From the sequence record SRR16203515_7748: a stretch of DNA of 32,177 nt, one strand, 5' to 3'. A program made the position numbers and the translations under genes. The notes below the pieces were generated by a model. The model did not search any database, was not told where the DNA came from, and worked only from the letters and a program-made list of their open reading frames with translations. Position 1 is the first letter of the stretch; each line of letters opens with the position of its first letter. This document shows positions 29,692 through 32,177 of the stretch, in pieces.

Positions 29692-30300
29692 TTACTCCTG
29701 ATCTTCATCAAATTCACCGTATTGCTGCAGGACTTTGTATTGTGTTGCCAAGAACACCAACAGTGCAAATGTCAGCCCGAAGGTTTTAAAATAAACCCAA
29801 ACCTCGGATGATTGCGTACGCCAAATGATTTCGTTCAAAATTGCCAATGAAAAGAAAAAGATCATGATGCGACGCGAGATGATCATCCACCCTTCGTCCT
29901 TCATGGGAACCGAACTGCCCAAAATGGATTGGAGATAGGATTTGCCTTGTAACAACCCGATCGCAATTGCACCCCCAAACAAGACATAAACCAAGGTTGG
30001 TTTCATTTTGAAAAAGCTTTCGTCATTCAGGAAAATCGTCAAGCCACCAAAAATCAGCACCAAAACCAGTGTCAGCAATTGAACCTTAGACACCTCACCA
30101 AACAGGCGCCATCCGATCACAGTTGACACGCAGAGGAAGGGGACAAAAATCGCCGTTGCAAGGACAAAGCCAGTATATTCCTGACCCGCAAATTCAACCA
30201 CTTCGTTTTTGAAAAAGATATAGGTCAAAAAGAAAACAGCCACGGGTAGCGTTTCTAAAATCGTTTTCACCATTTGATTGTTTTGCTTTTGCTCGCTCAT
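29692..30300 (-). CDS. yciB: Inner membrane protein YciB (intracellular septation protein A)
   Basis: LETLPVAVFF, FGGLTIFLNDESFFKMKPT, LNEIIWR...WVYFKTFG. ATG at 30300. Confidence 0.92.
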   Translation of the reverse strand: MSEQKQNNQMVKTILETLPVAVFFLTYIFFKNEVVEFAGQEYTGFVLATAIFVPFLCVSTVIGWRLFGEVSKVQLLTLVLVLIFGGLTIFLNDESFFKMKPTLVYVLFGGAIAIGLLQGKSYLQSILGSSVPMKDEGWMIISRRIMIFFFSLAILNEIIWRTQSSEVWVYFKTFGLTFALLVFLATQYKVLQQYGEFDEDQE

Positions 30301-30301
30301 C

Positions 30302-31204
30302 TTATCCACCCAATTCCACAATCACTGCGCCCAGCGCAATTAAACACATCAACATTATCCTGCGCGGCCCCACCTTTTCCTTTAGGATTAACCACCCAAT
30401 CAGCGCCGCAAAGACCACGGATGTTTCCCGCAATATGGCGGCTTCGCCGACTTTGTCCAGACGTGTGGCCAACATGATTGATCCAAAACTAAGGATTGCG
30501 ACAAAACCACCGATATAACCGCGCAGGACTAGGGGGCCCAGCGCGGGGCGATCCGCCATCCCCTGCCACCTGATTGCTGCTACAACGGGAAATGTCACTC
30601 CGTCCACCACAAAAAACCAGACTAGAAATGTAAATGGGTTCTCTGCCGCGCGAATTCCATAGGCATCATACGTAGTATAAAGGGCCACGAAAAAACCTGT
30701 TGCGACGGCAAACACCAAGGCAGGTCCAAATGTTTCGCGGTTTGATTCCAAAAATACAAAATTATAGGCGGCCAACCCAAAAATACCGCAGAGCAGGACA
30801 ACAACACCCATCCATTGGATCGCGCTAAAGGTTTCGCCGAAAATTAAATAGGCCCCAAAAACAGTGAAGAGCGGCCCTGTTCCCCGCACCACGGGATACA
30901 CAACCGTGTAGGCCCCTTTCACATAGGCGTATCCTTGCAGCACCTTATACAGCGTGTGGATAATCCAGGCTCCAAATAAAATAGGCCATAACGCTGGTTC
31001 AGGTGCAGGAACCAATAGGATTGCTACAGGCAGCATGATCGTCGCATATCCAAAATCCATCGCACCGCGCGACAACCATGGATCATGACGCCCCTTTTGC
31101 AAGGCCCCAAAGACCGCATGCAGGAACGCCGCCAAAAGAGCGAGCGCCAAGGCGATTGAGTGCCCTGTTTCTGTCCCCTCAACCGCATAGACCCACTCAG
31201 CCAT
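30302..31204 (-). CDS. DMT/EamA-family transporter
   Basis: Multiple TM helices; AAFLHA, VYPVVRGTGP, ALYTTYD, LRETSVVFAALIG..ILKE. Confidence 0.9.
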   Translation of the reverse strand: MAEWVYAVEGTETGHSIALALALLAAFLHAVFGALQKGRHDPWLSRGAMDFGYATIMLPVAILLVPAPEPALWPILFGAWIIHTLYKVLQGYAYVKGAYTVVYPVVRGTGPLFTVFGAYLIFGETFSAIQWMGVVVLLCGIFGLAAYNFVFLESNRETFGPALVFAVATGFFVALYTTYDAYGIRAAENPFTFLVWFFVVDGVTFPVVAAIRWQGMADRPALGPLVLRGYIGGFVAILSFGSIMLATRLDKVGEAAILRETSVVFAALIGWLILKEKVGPRRIMLMCLIALGAVIVELGG

Positions 31205-31210
31205 ATATGG

Positions 31211-32177
31211 TTATTCCAGACCCGTTAGTGCTTTGGCAAAATCTTCTGGATCAAAGGGGGCCAGATCATCAATCTGTTCACCCACCCCGATCGCGTGGAT
31301 AGGTAGGCCAAATTTATCCGCCAGTGCCACCAAAACGCCCCCCTTGGCCGTGCCGTCCAGTTTTGTCATGACCAAGCCCGAAACATCGGCAAGTTTTTTG
31401 AACGTATCAACCTGTGACAGGGCATTTTGCCCAGTGGTCGCATCCAACACCAACAGCGTGTTGTGCGGTGCTTCTGGATCTTTCTTATGGATTACTCGCA
31501 CGATCTTCGCCAGCTCTTCCATCAAATCCTGACGATTTTGCAGGCGTCCTGCGGTGTCGATCATCAACAGATCTGCACCTTCTTCTTGCGCCTTGGTCAT
31601 CGCATCGAAGGCCAGCGATGCAGGATCAGATCCCTCGGGTGCGGTCAAAACAGGAACCCCTGCGCGATCGCCCCATACCTGCAATTGTTCTACGGCAGCC
31701 GCGCGGAATGTGTCCCCCGCAGCAATCACTACGGATTTGCCTGCCGCCTTAAACTGGCTCGCCAATTTGCCGATGGTCGTCGTTTTACCTGACCCGTTCA
31801 CACCAACAACCAAAACCACTTGTGGCTTGGTCGGATAAAGTGGCATGGGTTTGGCCACGTGTTCCATGATGCGCGTGATTTCACCTACAAGAAGTTGTTT
31901 AATCTCATCGCTCGAAAGTTTTGTTCCGAACCGCCCCTGCGCCATGTTGGCCGTGACACGCAGTGCCGTATCCACACCCATATCTGATTGGATCAGCAAC
32001 TCTTCCAACTGTTCCAGCATATCGTCATCCAAGGTACGACGCACGACTGTTGGCTTGGATCGGCCAAGCAAGCGCCCCATCAAACCTTGTTTAGGCGGCG
32101 TGGCCGTTCGCTGTGCGGGTGTTGGCACAGGTTGCGTCATAACATCGGGCTCTGGCTCTGGCTCTGGCTCTGGCTCT
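31211..32177 (-). CDS. ftsY: Signal recognition particle receptor FtsY (5' part lies outside the window)
   Basis: GVNGSGKTTT, DTFRAAA, DTAGR, TKLDGTAKGG, GVGE..DDL.PF. The frame stays open to the window edge through an (EP)n tract. Confidence 0.97.
   Translation of the reverse strand, partial: EPEPEPEPEPDVMTQPVPTPAQRTATPPKQGLMGRLLGRSKPTVVRRTLDDDMLEQLEELLIQSDMGVDTALRVTANMAQGRFGTKLSSDEIKQLLVGEITRIMEHVAKPMPLYPTKPQVVLVVGVNGSGKTTTIGKLASQFKAAGKSVVIAAGDTFRAAAVEQLQVWGDRAGVPVLTAPEGSDPASLAFDAMTKAQEEGADLLMIDTAGRLQNRQDLMEELAKIVRVIHKKDPEAPHNTLLVLDATTGQNALSQVDTFKKLADVSGLVMTKLDGTAKGGVLVALADKFGLPIHAIGVGEQIDDLAPFDPEDFAKALTGLE
32148..32177. repeat. Perfect hexanucleotide tandem repeat (GGCTCT)x5, running off the window end
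   Basis: Read directly from the sequence; encodes Glu-Pro repeats in the ftsY frame. Confidence 0.95.

Overview
This window looks like core chromosome from a marine Rhodobacteraceae (Roseobacter-type alphaproteobacterium, roughly 50% GC by eye, tightly packed). Gene order: tRNA-Leu(GAG), lipB, stand-alone ctaD, Ldh_2/ComC-like dehydrogenase, DUF2244-like membrane protein, yqeY, carA, GntR, HAD nucleotidase, UbiH-family hydroxylase, class V aminotransferase, two tandem Lrp regulators divergent from ilvC, EamA transporter, glmM-folP-folB, SleB-type cell wall hydrolase, PPDK-like protein, glyS / small membrane-anchored protein / glyQ, a peptidoglycan-binding trypsin-like protein, trkH, folE2, metZ under a SAM-II (SAM-alpha) riboswitch, yciB, EamA, and a 5'-truncated ftsY. 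I see no CRISPR array, transposase, integrase or defence cluster, and no complete new multi-gene system that I can demonstrate. The best leads are four: (1) a PPDK homologue whose ATP-grasp catalytic residues look degenerate while its phospho-His and PEP domains are intact; (2) FolB fused to what looks like a degenerate amino-acid-kinase-family domain; (3) a secreted PG-binding trypsin-fold protein lacking the whole catalytic triad; (4) a probable integrated-element junction next to the tRNA-Leu 3' end. All family assignments and alignments come from motif recognition and memory, not from database searches.
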